The notes below the pieces were generated by a model that saw nothing but the letters and a program-made list of their open reading frames with translations, had not been told where the DNA came from and did no database searches. A stretch of 64,000 bases of DNA from an uncultured virus (IMG/VR IMGVR_UViG_3300025771_000019) (Duplodnaviria; Heunggongvirae; Uroviricota; Caudoviricetes), in IMG/VR virus record IMGVR_UViG_3300025771_000019. One strand, given 5' to 3'. Numbering within the stretch: the stretch's first letter is position 1; each line of letters opens with the position of its first letter. Below, piece after piece: positions 18,993 to 28,423 of this stretch. A program made the translations under genes and the position numbers.

Positions 18993-19942
18993 TTAAAGGA
19001 TGTCTCCATCATGATTTCAGTGAGGCATGCAACCATATTTATCTCAAGATCAGCGACAAAGTTTGCTTTGTACATATAGTCTGCAAGAGTTACGATAAAG
19101 CCTGGCTGAGATCTGAGTTCGACCTTATCATTGGCCATATCATAGATACGACGGAACATCTCGTTCATATCTTGATCTGAGTTCTTTGCAACCCACTTAC
19201 GCATGTTTGTGAAGTCTTTACTCTTTAGAAGTTTAAAGAGTTCATCAAGGGATTCTTGTTTGAGATTAACAAAGATACCTTCATCAATAGCGCCAGAAGC
19301 GGAGTAAGATTGCAACTCTGTAAGTACACGTCGAAAATCAGGGAAGTGTTTTTGGATTACTTTTGCAACAACTGCTTTATCATACGCAACGTTTTCTTGT
19401 TCAAGAATAGCTTCAACACGGCGTAGGAATTGCATCGCGAGCTTTGGCCGATCGGATTGCTCGATGGTAAAGTCAACCTCTGACAAACGAGAACGAAGTG
19501 GAGAGATTATACGATTTTTAAAGTTACAAGTAAAGATGAACCCGCAGTTGCTTGAATATTCTTCAATAAAGTTTCGAAGTGCGGGTTGAACATTTGCTGC
19601 GTTGAGATAGTCCGCCTCGTCAAAGATGACGTATTTTCTACCACCTGTGAAGGAAACCGCTGAGGCAAACGTGGAGATATCATATCGGAGGGTATCGATA
19701 TTGACGTTAAGTGAGCCGTTTTTAATAATATAATCGCAGCCAAGTTCATCGAGCATAGCTTTTGCGATTGTAGTTTTTCCAACACCTGGACCGCCAGTGA
19801 GTAGTAAGTTAGGAATAGATTTATCTGCTACAAATTTTTTGAAAGCAGATTTAGTTTTGTCTGGTAGAATTGTGTCGCCAATTACCATTGGCCTGTACTT
19901 CTCTACCCAAAGTACTTCATTTGCTTTTGCGTCAATAGACAT
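18989..19942 (-). CDS. gp44: Clamp loader large subunit gp44
   Basis: LWVEKYRP, Walker A GGPGVGKTT, DEAD, ALRNFIEE, PLRSR. Confidence 0.97.
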   Translation of the reverse strand: MSIDAKANEVLWVEKYRPMVIGDTILPDKTKSAFKKFVADKSIPNLLLTGGPGVGKTTIAKAMLDELGCDYIIKNGSLNVNIDTLRYDISTFASAVSFTGGRKYVIFDEADYLNAANVQPALRNFIEEYSSNCGFIFTCNFKNRIISPLRSRLSEVDFTIEQSDRPKLAMQFLRRVEAILEQENVAYDKAVVAKVIQKHFPDFRRVLTELQSYSASGAIDEGIFVNLKQESLDELFKLLKSKDFTNMRKWVAKNSDQDMNEMFRRIYDMANDKVELRSQPGFIVTLADYMYKANFVADLEINMVACLTEIMMETSFK

Positions 19943-19961
19943 TCAATCACCATCATCATAT

Positions 19962-19995
19962 AAAAAGAAATGAGGGGGCCAAAGCCCCACTCATT
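19962..19995 (-). terminator. Intrinsic terminator
   Basis: - strand AATGAGTGGGGC-TTTG-GCCCCCTCATT-TCTTTTT. Confidence 0.75.
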
Positions 19996-20281
19996 ATTGT
20001 ACCACTTTGTCAGCGAGTGGTGCGTCCTCAGGTACATCCGGAGCTGGAGCATCGGCTGCCGGCATGTTACCATCGGGAGCTCCTTGCGGAGCATTCTGTT
20101 GTAGGAACATTTCGATTTTGTTACGAAGCATTCCAATAATTGCCATCTCGTTACCGGCTACTGCGCCGCGGCGAGACGCAACATCTACAAACTGTACAAC
20201 AGTTGCTAGATCCTGAAGAGAAAGTTGGATCGGTTGAGGTGCTTGTGCCTCGGGTGCTTGAGCTGCTTGAGCTTCATTCAT
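19994..20281 (-). CDS. Conserved hypothetical protein downstream of gp45
   Basis: L.LQDL....FVDVASRRGA..G.E motif; AAGGA RBS. Confidence 0.75.
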   Translation of the reverse strand: MNEAQAAQAPEAQAPQPIQLSLQDLATVVQFVDVASRRGAVAGNEMAIIGMLRNKIEMFLQQNAPQGAPDGNMPAADAPAPDVPEDAPLADKVVQ

Positions 20282-20287
20282 AATTTG

Positions 20288-20950
20288 TTATCCTTTCTGA
20301 TAAGTCGACTTAGTATCAATTGCCACGAAGTACGTGGCGTCCGTACCCTTGAACTCAGAGATTCCCTTTGCGCAAAGAGAAACTTTGTAATCCTGAGGCA
20401 AGAGCTTAAGATTATCGGTTTTAATGATAATCTTAAATTCATCAGATGTAGTGCCGATTTCAACACCATAATCATCAGAATTTTGGTTGTTGCTATCAAT
20501 AGCTTTCAACCAGATTTTCCCTTCGGTCCCTACAAAGGCTACCTCAGCGAATTGCAACACGCCAGCAGCCTTAAGAACAGACTGTAGGTCTTCCCAAGAA
20601 ACATCAACAACTACATCCAGAGATGGCAGTTGAATCTCTTTTTCGGGAGCTGCATGAATCATTGATATGTCAGCGTAAACATATTTCGTCTTACGACGAC
20701 CATCGTTGATCATAAAGTATTTATCATGAAACTCTACGTCGGGATCCTTGTAAAGTGATAAAATTGACAAAAATCTTGACAAATCATAGATACATGCTTG
20801 AGATGGGATCTGATCTGGGATAGTTGCAGACGCCACCAGTGTCTTTTCAGGTGTTACTGTTTTAAGTATATCACCGGGTTTCATAAGAATCGACTTGTTG
20901 ATAGTCGAAAAACTCTTAAGAATGGTAAGAGTACGTTCACTAAACTTCAT
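20288..20950 (-). CDS. gp45: Sliding clamp gp45
   Basis: MKFSERTLTILKSFSTINKSI, IYDLSRFL, NLKLLP.DY. Confidence 0.95.
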   Translation of the reverse strand: MKFSERTLTILKSFSTINKSILMKPGDILKTVTPEKTLVASATIPDQIPSQACIYDLSRFLSILSLYKDPDVEFHDKYFMINDGRRKTKYVYADISMIHAAPEKEIQLPSLDVVVDVSWEDLQSVLKAAGVLQFAEVAFVGTEGKIWLKAIDSNNQNSDDYGVEIGTTSDEFKIIIKTDNLKLLPQDYKVSLCAKGISEFKGTDATYFVAIDTKSTYQKG

Positions 20951-20976
20951 TATATAAGCTCCTTACAAATTTCACA

Positions 20977-21876
20977 TTATGTATTAATTTTACTACGTTT
21001 TTTGGATTTTGTCAACTGTTTTTTATTGGCATAAGTCTTACGATTGCTTTTACTGTCTGCGGTGGCTGACACGCCGAGAGAACCAATAGCAGCCATATTA
21101 CCTTTAAAGATATACGTGCCAATGTGATTGAGGTGCATCCAAGGGCACATAATCACTTTCATACCGATGTCACGAGCTTTCTTACAGAAGAAGTAGTCCT
21201 CTGATAGATAACGACGCGATTCCGGATCAATTACACAGTCAAAGAAAGCTGTGATATCTCTTGAACCATCAAACTTGTCTGTACGAACGTGGTCTGGTTT
21301 GTATTGAAGTTCAGGATAGGCATCACGATATTTCTCAAGTGTTTCTCTTGGAATACACATAAAGCCTGTGCCACCTTCACCAATCTCAAGTGGTTCACCA
21401 ACGTTAAACGTATCTAACTTCTTAACAGGATTGAATACGTAGTCTGCTGTATAGTTATCAAGATCGAATGGATTGTCGTCACCTTTACCAAGTTGTGCAG
21501 CCTTAGCAACCTTTTCCCATGCGATTGTTTTCTTAGGATAAGGTCCTACAACAATATTATGATTCTCGGCGTCTGCTAGGTTTACAGCAATCAATCCTAG
21601 AACATCCTTAGCATTAAATGCGATGTCTGAATCGATGAATATAAGGTGAGTACAATCAGATCTGAGGAACTCATCTACAACATAGTTACGTGCCCTCTGA
21701 ATGAGGCTCTCGTTAAAGAGATAATAGAAACGGATAGGAATACCATTTGCTGCACACATCATAGCCAGGTCGTTACAGGACTTAGCATATGAGCCTGAGC
21801 AGTTACCACCGTACATCGGAGTACCGATAAAGAGCTTCTGCTCTTTGAGTTTGTCTAAAGAGATTTCAATTTTCAT
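20977..21876 (-). CDS. GT-A-fold glycosyltransferase-like protein
   Basis: TPMYGG, ESLIQRARN, FIDSDI (DxD), GTGFMCI, YLSEDYFFC. Confidence 0.7.
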   Translation of the reverse strand: MKIEISLDKLKEQKLFIGTPMYGGNCSGSYAKSCNDLAMMCAANGIPIRFYYLFNESLIQRARNYVVDEFLRSDCTHLIFIDSDIAFNAKDVLGLIAVNLADAENHNIVVGPYPKKTIAWEKVAKAAQLGKGDDNPFDLDNYTADYVFNPVKKLDTFNVGEPLEIGEGGTGFMCIPRETLEKYRDAYPELQYKPDHVRTDKFDGSRDITAFFDCVIDPESRRYLSEDYFFCKKARDIGMKVIMCPWMHLNHIGTYIFKGNMAAIGSLGVSATADSKSNRKTYANKKQLTKSKKRSKINT

Positions 21877-22508
21877 ATTTCTACTTGCTCCATATCATTT
21901 TCTGCTCTATGAATAGCTTGAATCCGAAGGATGTCTGCTGCAACATCATGTCTGCTATCATGAGCACTAAATACTTTTTCCCATTGCTCAGTATCTGCAA
22001 CGGGTACGAATCCATTCTTTGTTGTAAAGTTAAACTTCGCATCAATAAATGTACGAGTATCACGTATACGCCAGTAAGGAATGTACTCGTTTAGAAACTT
22101 GTCCTTGCCTACGGCCATTGCCATATGATCTAGAATAACTGGATCAAAACCGTTTGAACGGCTCCACCAGTAATCAACTTTATCTTGAGTACGAAGATAT
22201 CCGATCATCTGCTCAATAAACTGTGGTAGCTTAAGATCATCTGGCTTTGGTTTTAAAAGCTTACGAACTTCTGGTGCTTGCTGTAGCCACCAATCAAGAT
22301 CTGACTTTTGATATTCAAAGTCATAGTTCTTCATTTGATCTTGCAAATCAAGTTTTGCTTTTTGAATGATACCTAAAAGTTCTTGAAAAGAATAAGGCTT
22401 ATCAAGAAAGCGATCCCATACAAATGTTGTATAAGAACACTCAATGCCAGGCGCCTTACGAGCACACTGGCCAATTGTTTCAAAGTCTAGGATAAAGTCA
22501 GTTCTCAT
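21873..22508 (-). CDS. dexA: DexA-like 3'-5' exonuclease
   Basis: DFILDFET, WSRSNGFD, RDTRT, HDSRHDVAAD (DEDDh). Confidence 0.85.
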   Translation of the reverse strand: MRTDFILDFETIGQCARKAPGIECSYTTFVWDRFLDKPYSFQELLGIIQKAKLDLQDQMKNYDFEYQKSDLDWWLQQAPEVRKLLKPKPDDLKLPQFIEQMIGYLRTQDKVDYWWSRSNGFDPVILDHMAMAVGKDKFLNEYIPYWRIRDTRTFIDAKFNFTTKNGFVPVADTEQWEKVFSAHDSRHDVAADILRIQAIHRAENDMEQVEI

Positions 22509-23713
22509 AGAAAAGCCTCAAGTGTAGTAATGTTTTCTTGATATTCAAGCTTCTGAGTACCATTATACTGCAAAATGTAATCGGTGTCAACCATTTTTCT
22601 TAGACCTTTAAGTGTTGCTAGAACCTCTGTGGCCATGTCTGTGGCTGTTTGCACGGGGACATTTTGGCAAATATGATTTGCTACCTTAGGGCCCGCATCG
22701 ACCAATTCAAAGTCTTCTGGCAATCCCATGATAGACATAGCTTCTCGGTAATTAATAAATCGATCTTCATCAGGATGAGTAAGCATAGTAGGATAGTGGC
22801 CAACGAAAGCGCCGATACGATCTTTTGGAACAATGACACCTCTTCTCATAATCGACCCACCCTTAGCAAGTTTCTCATGTTTATAGCGGCACTTATCAAC
22901 TTCTTTCTCAAAACCGTTTGCAGCCATCCAGTCAGCAACTTCATTATAAGTTTTACCTGCTCTTTCGATATAAGAGAAAGAATCCACACCACGAGCTGAC
23001 GTTGGATCTACATCGCGAGAATGCTCTGTATGAGTTTTGCCTCCTTCAATCTCTTCAAGAATGTACTTATAGTACGGGTTGTCGGAAGGCTTTTTAGTAT
23101 TGATAGGTTCAGTTTGAAAGTTTGATTTTACATTACGAATTAATTCTTCGATTGGTGTGTACTCACGATTGTAGTATTCAAAGATTGGTACGCCGTTATC
23201 TCGTTTCCAGAAGAAATAAAATGAGCGTTCTCGTACCTGTGGAACACCATGAAGTAGAGATCTAGTCCGGTATACACTCATCGTATATCCATTGTCCTTA
23301 CCAATCTGTTTCAATTGATTACGAACATTAGTTCCAATCTTACCAGCAAATCCTGGAGCGTTCTCGCCCCAGAAACAGTCTGGTCTATAGTCACCAAGAA
23401 TATACTTTGCAGTCTCAATCATCCATTTGTTGTTTTCGTTGTCGTCACCGTATCCATGTGACATCATTGATAAACCAGCGCATGGACACACTGATGATAC
23501 AACATTTGCTCTTTCGCCTGGCGGTGGCCTATGTCCTTTATCTAGAACATAATATGGAATCTTGTTGTCGTAATAATTTAGAATATGTCTGTCATTACCA
23601 GCAAAAGGTTCATATGACATAAAATGAATTGGAGGTGCACCAAAGGCTCGATGGGAACCAATAGTTTCACCTCCAATTAGTGGTACAATACTTGCGTGGG
23701 TAATATCACTCAT
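22505..23713 (-). CDS. DNA cytosine-C5 methyltransferase-like protein
   Basis: PCAGLS (motif IV), ENAPG (VI), PQVRERSF (VIII), RE...MGLPEDF and QNVP (IX/X); motif I is atypical (PLIGG). Confidence 0.8.
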   Translation of the reverse strand: MSDITHASIVPLIGGETIGSHRAFGAPPIHFMSYEPFAGNDRHILNYYDNKIPYYVLDKGHRPPPGERANVVSSVCPCAGLSMMSHGYGDDNENNKWMIETAKYILGDYRPDCFWGENAPGFAGKIGTNVRNQLKQIGKDNGYTMSVYRTRSLLHGVPQVRERSFYFFWKRDNGVPIFEYYNREYTPIEELIRNVKSNFQTEPINTKKPSDNPYYKYILEEIEGGKTHTEHSRDVDPTSARGVDSFSYIERAGKTYNEVADWMAANGFEKEVDKCRYKHEKLAKGGSIMRRGVIVPKDRIGAFVGHYPTMLTHPDEDRFINYREAMSIMGLPEDFELVDAGPKVANHICQNVPVQTATDMATEVLATLKGLRKMVDTDYILQYNGTQKLEYQENITTLEAFL

Positions 23714-24711
23714 GCTAAAAACTTTCTCACTGTTGAGAGCGCCGTGCTTACCGCCTGATGCATATCAAGATAGGCGTACAAACCACAACGACCGATAAAG
23801 GTCATATGCTCTGGAATTTCTGCTTTATATTTCTTATATAGCTCTCGGTTCTTACCATCACGATCTTTTACGGGATAATAACGTTCATAGTTATTCTCAG
23901 AGTAATCGCATGGTTCCTCGAACGTTAGCGTTGTGATATATTTATTATCGCCGTGACAGGGAATATTCTTCCATTCAGTAACACGAGTCTTTGGGCCGTG
24001 ATGAGTAAAGTTTACAGTAGCGGTTGGTAATGCCCGTGGAATCGGCAGGCTTACAGTCTCAAACTTGATTGAACGATATGGAAGCTTATCATATTTCCAT
24101 TCAAACCATTCATCAATTGGCATAGAATTAAACACATGATCGTATTCTTTATCCATATGATAATTATATTCAGTATTTAAAGATACAGTTATATTGTGGT
24201 GAGTGAGAATGTTCTCAACCATTTTGGTATAGCCATGCCGTGGCATGTACTGTATCTTATCATTTGGAAAGTATTCTTCGTTGTAATCATCACGAATAGG
24301 AACTCGATTGATAATATCAGGATTTAGCTGATCGAGTTCAACACCCCACATCTTCTTAGTATATGGTCTGAAGAATACATCAAGAACATTCTCCTCACCT
24401 ACAATATCTTTTGTTTCACGATTTACTGGTAGCGTAACATATTGGCCATCAGCAAGTTGAGCCTTAACTTTATGTCTATACTCAACCCACTCAGTAAACC
24501 GTGAAAGCCATTCAAATACTTCTTCATTATTAGTATGAAATAGATGAGGACCATACTTATGAACTCGAATGCCATGTTCATTCTCATAATCATATGCATT
24601 ACCGGCTACGTGATCTCGTTTATCAATTACATCTACATTATGTCCTGCTCTTGCAAGCTCACGAGCAACCACACAACCTGATAGACCCGCACCTACTACT
24701 AAATACTTCAT
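23710..24711 (-). CDS. glf: UDP-galactopyranose mutase
   Basis: VVGAGLSG, HVAGNAYD, HKYGPHLFHT, YTKKMWG, LPYRS, RVTEWK, RYYPV, GRCGLYAYLDMHQ. Confidence 0.95.
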   Translation of the reverse strand: MKYLVVGAGLSGCVVARELARAGHNVDVIDKRDHVAGNAYDYENEHGIRVHKYGPHLFHTNNEEVFEWLSRFTEWVEYRHKVKAQLADGQYVTLPVNRETKDIVGEENVLDVFFRPYTKKMWGVELDQLNPDIINRVPIRDDYNEEYFPNDKIQYMPRHGYTKMVENILTHHNITVSLNTEYNYHMDKEYDHVFNSMPIDEWFEWKYDKLPYRSIKFETVSLPIPRALPTATVNFTHHGPKTRVTEWKNIPCHGDNKYITTLTFEEPCDYSENNYERYYPVKDRDGKNRELYKKYKAEIPEHMTFIGRCGLYAYLDMHQAVSTALSTVRKFLA

Positions 24712-25805
24712 GCTGCTAATACTCTCTTAAGCTCGTTTCTTTGAATGCTCTGATCCAAAGGATGGTTATCATATAGAGCATCTCGCTGAGCTTTGGCAGT
24801 AGCTTGCAATTGAGTAAGATCCATTGCTTCTACGTCTTGTACTCGAAGTCCAGCAAGACCCTCATCTTTATAATACACCATCATTTCTGGTTTGTCACCA
24901 ATAATAATAGAGCCGGCGTCAGCAACCTGTAGTGGGCGTGCTCGCCACCAACCAGAACCTGCATGAAAGTATCCGGGCATTAAACAGCCCCATTGCTGTT
25001 CGAATACTTTCACCATTTCTGGCTCGGTTTTACGCTCTGACTTATATTTACCACGCTTGGCTCCGTAGTAAACAATTTCCCACTTCCAATCGTCAGGTTG
25101 CTGCGCCTTGAGCCATTTTCGCGTTTTCTCTTGAACAAGAGACGCAAAATTCCATTTCATTTCTTTTTCTGGTGTATCACCAAAGAAACTATCCAAACCA
25201 ACACTACCTGTTCCATAACCATTGTCTGCACGGCGATTTAGATGATAAGGATTTGGATTATATGTGTAAACATTTTCTCCTTTCCAGCCAAGTTCTAGTG
25301 TTGACATATCACCACCTGCAAAGGCGCTTACAAGCAAACGATTCTCTTTACTGGTGATAATGTTACAAGCATCGATATATTGTTCTTTATAGGACGCTAC
25401 AGTTTCTTTATCTTCTACACCTTGCCATAGATCAAAGAGATACTGGCGAAATACACCTTCATCGTTTGCTTCGAGCTTCTCTTTATATGTTTCAATAGTG
25501 CTATAGATCTGTTTAAACTGCCAATCGTCAAAAGCTAAGATGCAGTTTGGGCGAGCATGTACGGCATACAGTCCGGACCATAGGAATTGACAGAAGGCCT
25601 GGATGCTGTGAATGTATACCACTACCTCATCATAGTGATCTAGGTTCTCGCCTAGTCTGACAGGCCGCTGTTCAACCTCATATCCCATATCTTCAAGGCA
25701 ACGAATGAGTGAATAGTGAGATGGCACAACCTGAAGTTGTTGCTGCAGAAAGAAGTCTTTCGTACACTGCAGCTTATTCATACCTGTTACAAGGATTTTT
25801 TTCAT
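24708..25805 (-). CDS. Putative DNA-modifying glycosyltransferase (GT-B fold)
   Basis: AFDDWQ and GCLMPGY.HAGSGWWRAR..Q motifs; context next to dCMP hydroxymethylase and glf. Confidence 0.6.
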   Translation of the reverse strand: MKKILVTGMNKLQCTKDFFLQQQLQVVPSHYSLIRCLEDMGYEVEQRPVRLGENLDHYDEVVVYIHSIQAFCQFLWSGLYAVHARPNCILAFDDWQFKQIYSTIETYKEKLEANDEGVFRQYLFDLWQGVEDKETVASYKEQYIDACNIITSKENRLLVSAFAGGDMSTLELGWKGENVYTYNPNPYHLNRRADNGYGTGSVGLDSFFGDTPEKEMKWNFASLVQEKTRKWLKAQQPDDWKWEIVYYGAKRGKYKSERKTEPEMVKVFEQQWGCLMPGYFHAGSGWWRARPLQVADAGSIIIGDKPEMMVYYKDEGLAGLRVQDVEAMDLTQLQATAKAQRDALYDNHPLDQSIQRNELKRVLAA

Positions 25806-26167
25806 TTCGACTCCATATATCTTTTACATTCTTTAAGTTTCATCTCTTCATATTCAATATCATTCAATAGTCTATTTAGTGGTGAAGGATGAGGCATAAC
25901 AAAGTGTTCAATACCTAGTCTATTTAGCGTTTCTGACACGAAGTTGCCGAGAGCAATAACTCTTTTATAACCATTAATATAACATAGTAGAGTCTCTTTG
26001 TCAACCATAGATTGATTGTAAGGTCCGGTTTCGTGAATAACATTGGTAAATGCATAGTACCTTATACCGAGGTGATCCATCCACTGATTCAATCTTTTAA
26101 TAGTAGGACTCTGCTGATGTGCAGGACCGTTTGAAGGATTTATACCAACTACAATCATATCAATCAT
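25802..26167 (-). CDS. Uracil-DNA glycosylase-superfamily protein (small)
   Basis: VVGINPS, IALGN, MPHPSPLNR motifs. Confidence 0.7.
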   Translation of the reverse strand: MIDMIVVGINPSNGPAHQQSPTIKRLNQWMDHLGIRYYAFTNVIHETGPYNQSMVDKETLLCYINGYKRVIALGNFVSETLNRLGIEHFVMPHPSPLNRLLNDIEYEEMKLKECKRYMESK

Positions 26168-26684
26168 CTAATGTTGTTACTACCACGCCGGCTTCTTTAT
26201 ACATGGGAAGTGATTCTTTATACCATACCTCTTCCCAATTACCCTTGTCTGTCTTTGCAGTAGGCATTACAACTCGTTTAATACCAGCTTGGATAACGCA
26301 CTTTGTGCATGCTGGGCAAACTGGCAGGCCATAAACATATAGTGTGGCATCCTTTACAGTAACGCCATTATACAAAGCATTCATAAGAGCATTCATTTCA
26401 GCATGAATTATACGAGGATACTTTTCATCTCGATTGTTGAGTCGTTCATCGCTATCTTCAATACCTCGAGGAAAACCATTGTAACCGGTGGCAAGGATCC
26501 GCCTTTCAGCATTAACAACAACAGCACCTATCTTACTCGACGGATCCTTACTCCAGCCAGAGATGATCTCAGCCATCTCCATGAAACGACGATCCCATTT
26601 TGTATCCTTGGCATCTTCCTCACGCATACGCCGTCCCATGTAATCGTGGTAACTTTCTCGATAATATTCCATTCTACTCATCAT
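26160..26684 (-). CDS. dCMP deaminase
   Basis: SKDPS.KIGAV, GYNGFPRG, HAEMNA, CPAC. Confidence 0.93.
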   Translation of the reverse strand: MMSRMEYYRESYHDYMGRRMREEDAKDTKWDRRFMEMAEIISGWSKDPSSKIGAVVVNAERRILATGYNGFPRGIEDSDERLNNRDEKYPRIIHAEMNALMNALYNGVTVKDATLYVYGLPVCPACTKCVIQAGIKRVVMPTAKTDKGNWEEVWYKESLPMYKEAGVVVTTLDD

Positions 26685-26913
26685 CTTTTTTGTCTAGAAG
26701 CTTTTGCTCCATTTGTTCCTTAATATCATGAACTCGTTCTTTTTCAATTAAGTCGATAATCAGATTTGTAAGATCTAGATCTTTCTTGAGAAAAAACATT
26801 CTTTGCTGTATCTTCTCAAGTTGCTTTTGATAGTACTCTAATTCCTTTTCTTTACGCAATCTAGTCTCAATGATATCAGAAATCATTATAAGTTTGCCGG
26901 GCTCATGATCCAT
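26674..26913 (-). CDS. Hypothetical coiled-coil protein
   Basis: Translationally coupled ORF inside the operon. Confidence 0.65.
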   Translation of the reverse strand: MDHEPGKLIMISDIIETRLRKEKELEYYQKQLEKIQQRMFFLKKDLDLTNLIIDLIEKERVHDIKEQMEQKLLDKKDDE

Positions 26914-27608
26914 TATTTCACCAAATTAAAATGTCTTTCATACACGTGTAAATTCATGACTTGCCAGATGAGCATACCTTTTTCAATCTCACCGTGTTCA
27001 CCTGTAACTGCAGCCATTTCATTCCAATTAGAAACAAACTTGTCCATAAGGTATTGTGCCCAAGCATAATCATTCTTATAGCCAAAAACAACATCATTAG
27101 AACGCATTTGAGATACCATCATCAAGACACCATCACGAATATAGAATGTTTGTGCATTTGTACAGATGAAGTCAGACTTGCCGCCTTCATTGAATTCAAC
27201 CCAGATTGATGGACGGTTGTAAACCATTTGAGCACGGCGGCTGTCTGGATTACACCATAATTCATCAAAGGCCATATAAAATTGTTTAAAGTACTTATCC
27301 GAGAAAACAAGATGGCCATAGTTAGAGTTGATATTGCCATGATCGTCTGCTGAATATTTCCAAGCTGCGGGTGGATCTTGGTTCTTGCCATGAATATCAT
27401 AGATATTTGTACTTTGGCTTTCATACCAATCCAACTCAGCTTCAATATAAGCTTGATTTGGTGTGCCAAAGATAGATGGTTCAGATGCAACGAAGTTTGC
27501 ACCAATCATCTCGATGGTTTTCTGGCCAGTTTTATCGATTGTAAATGCCTCATCCGCGAGCTCACCAATAAAGAACTCACGGATGTCTTTTACATTATTC
27601 ATCAACAT
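26913..27608 (-). CDS. gp42: dCMP hydroxymethylase (thymidylate synthase superfamily, T4 gp42-like)
   Basis: INSNYG, SRRA, DFICT, MRSNDVVFGYKNDYAW (Asp at the cytosine-specificity position), NLHVYERHF. Confidence 0.88.
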   Translation of the reverse strand: MLMNNVKDIREFFIGELADEAFTIDKTGQKTIEMIGANFVASEPSIFGTPNQAYIEAELDWYESQSTNIYDIHGKNQDPPAAWKYSADDHGNINSNYGHLVFSDKYFKQFYMAFDELWCNPDSRRAQMVYNRPSIWVEFNEGGKSDFICTNAQTFYIRDGVLMMVSQMRSNDVVFGYKNDYAWAQYLMDKFVSNWNEMAAVTGEHGEIEKGMLIWQVMNLHVYERHFNLVK

Positions 27609-27954
27609 TCGTCACCTGTCGGTTAATTGGACGATTAAAAATATCACGGGAACCGTCTTGGCCTTCAATTTTACCACGACAATATGCAACAAAGAAAGAT
27701 GCATAGTTGATTAGATCTTTAGCACTATCTTCGAGCGATTCGAAGTTTGGTTCATAGTCTTCGCCACGCATGGCTTCCATAACAGATTTCAGACGAAGCA
27801 TTTTACCATGCATGACATCATGGATCGATTGTACGCCGTTTGGATAGTAATCGGCTTGTTGTACAGTTGAGTTCGGATTTTGATAATCACGAGACTTTTT
27901 GACTTGGATCTCAGCACATTCGGCTAAGACTTTTGCGGATTCAGGTGTCGACAT
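27595..27954 (-). CDS. Nucleotide-modification-associated domain 1 (DUF1599-like)
   Basis: KKSRDY, K.LRL, ESLEDSAKDLINYA. Confidence 0.75.
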   Translation of the reverse strand: MSTPESAKVLAECAEIQVKKSRDYQNPNSTVQQADYYPNGVQSIHDVMHGKMLRLKSVMEAMRGEDYEPNFESLEDSAKDLINYASFFVAYCRGKIEGQDGSRDIFNRPINRQVTNVDE

Positions 27955-27956
27955 AA

Positions 27957-28415
27957 TTAACCTCTCTTGTATGTTCGCATTTCTTTTGAATGTTCATATA
28001 GTTGGATTGCTGCATCTCCGTTTATTATAGACAAAGCAATGCAATTTGTCAACTTATAATTTCGCATAGGCTTTCCGTAATACGTAAATTCTGTGTATGA
28101 ACTTGGATCTTTATGATTATTAAACAAGTACATTATGGCGTTGTCGCCTCGATTTTCTGGAACGTTTACAAAAATCAAAACATCAACATTATCAAGCTTC
28201 CAAAATTGACTTTGCTCAATCCAAAAACCTTGATCTCTATGATTAAGACGTAATGTTTTGCACTCATAACGGAGCACATCTAACCAGCCATCTTTTACTC
28301 GATCATACCAATCAGGTGTTTTTTTAGCGTGAGGAAAAAAGTTTGCAACTAGATCTTCGCCAATTGAACCCACCGCAAGAGCGTGTTCTTCTCTTTTATT
28401 TAGCATTTGTAGCAT
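27957..28415 (-). CDS. Hypothetical protein, possible PD-(D/E)xK nuclease
   Basis: GSIGE..V, KDG..D..YECKT. Confidence 0.4.
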   Translation of the reverse strand: MLQMLNKREEHALAVGSIGEDLVANFFPHAKKTPDWYDRVKDGWLDVLRYECKTLRLNHRDQGFWIEQSQFWKLDNVDVLIFVNVPENRGDNAIMYLFNNHKDPSSYTEFTYYGKPMRNYKLTNCIALSIINGDAAIQLYEHSKEMRTYKRG

Positions 28416-28423
28416 GTTTTACC

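Noticed and set aside
20761..20785. TTGACAAA direct repeat in gp45
   Set aside because: It lies inside a conserved coding motif (LSRFLSIL) and is explained by repeated Leu-Ser codons.
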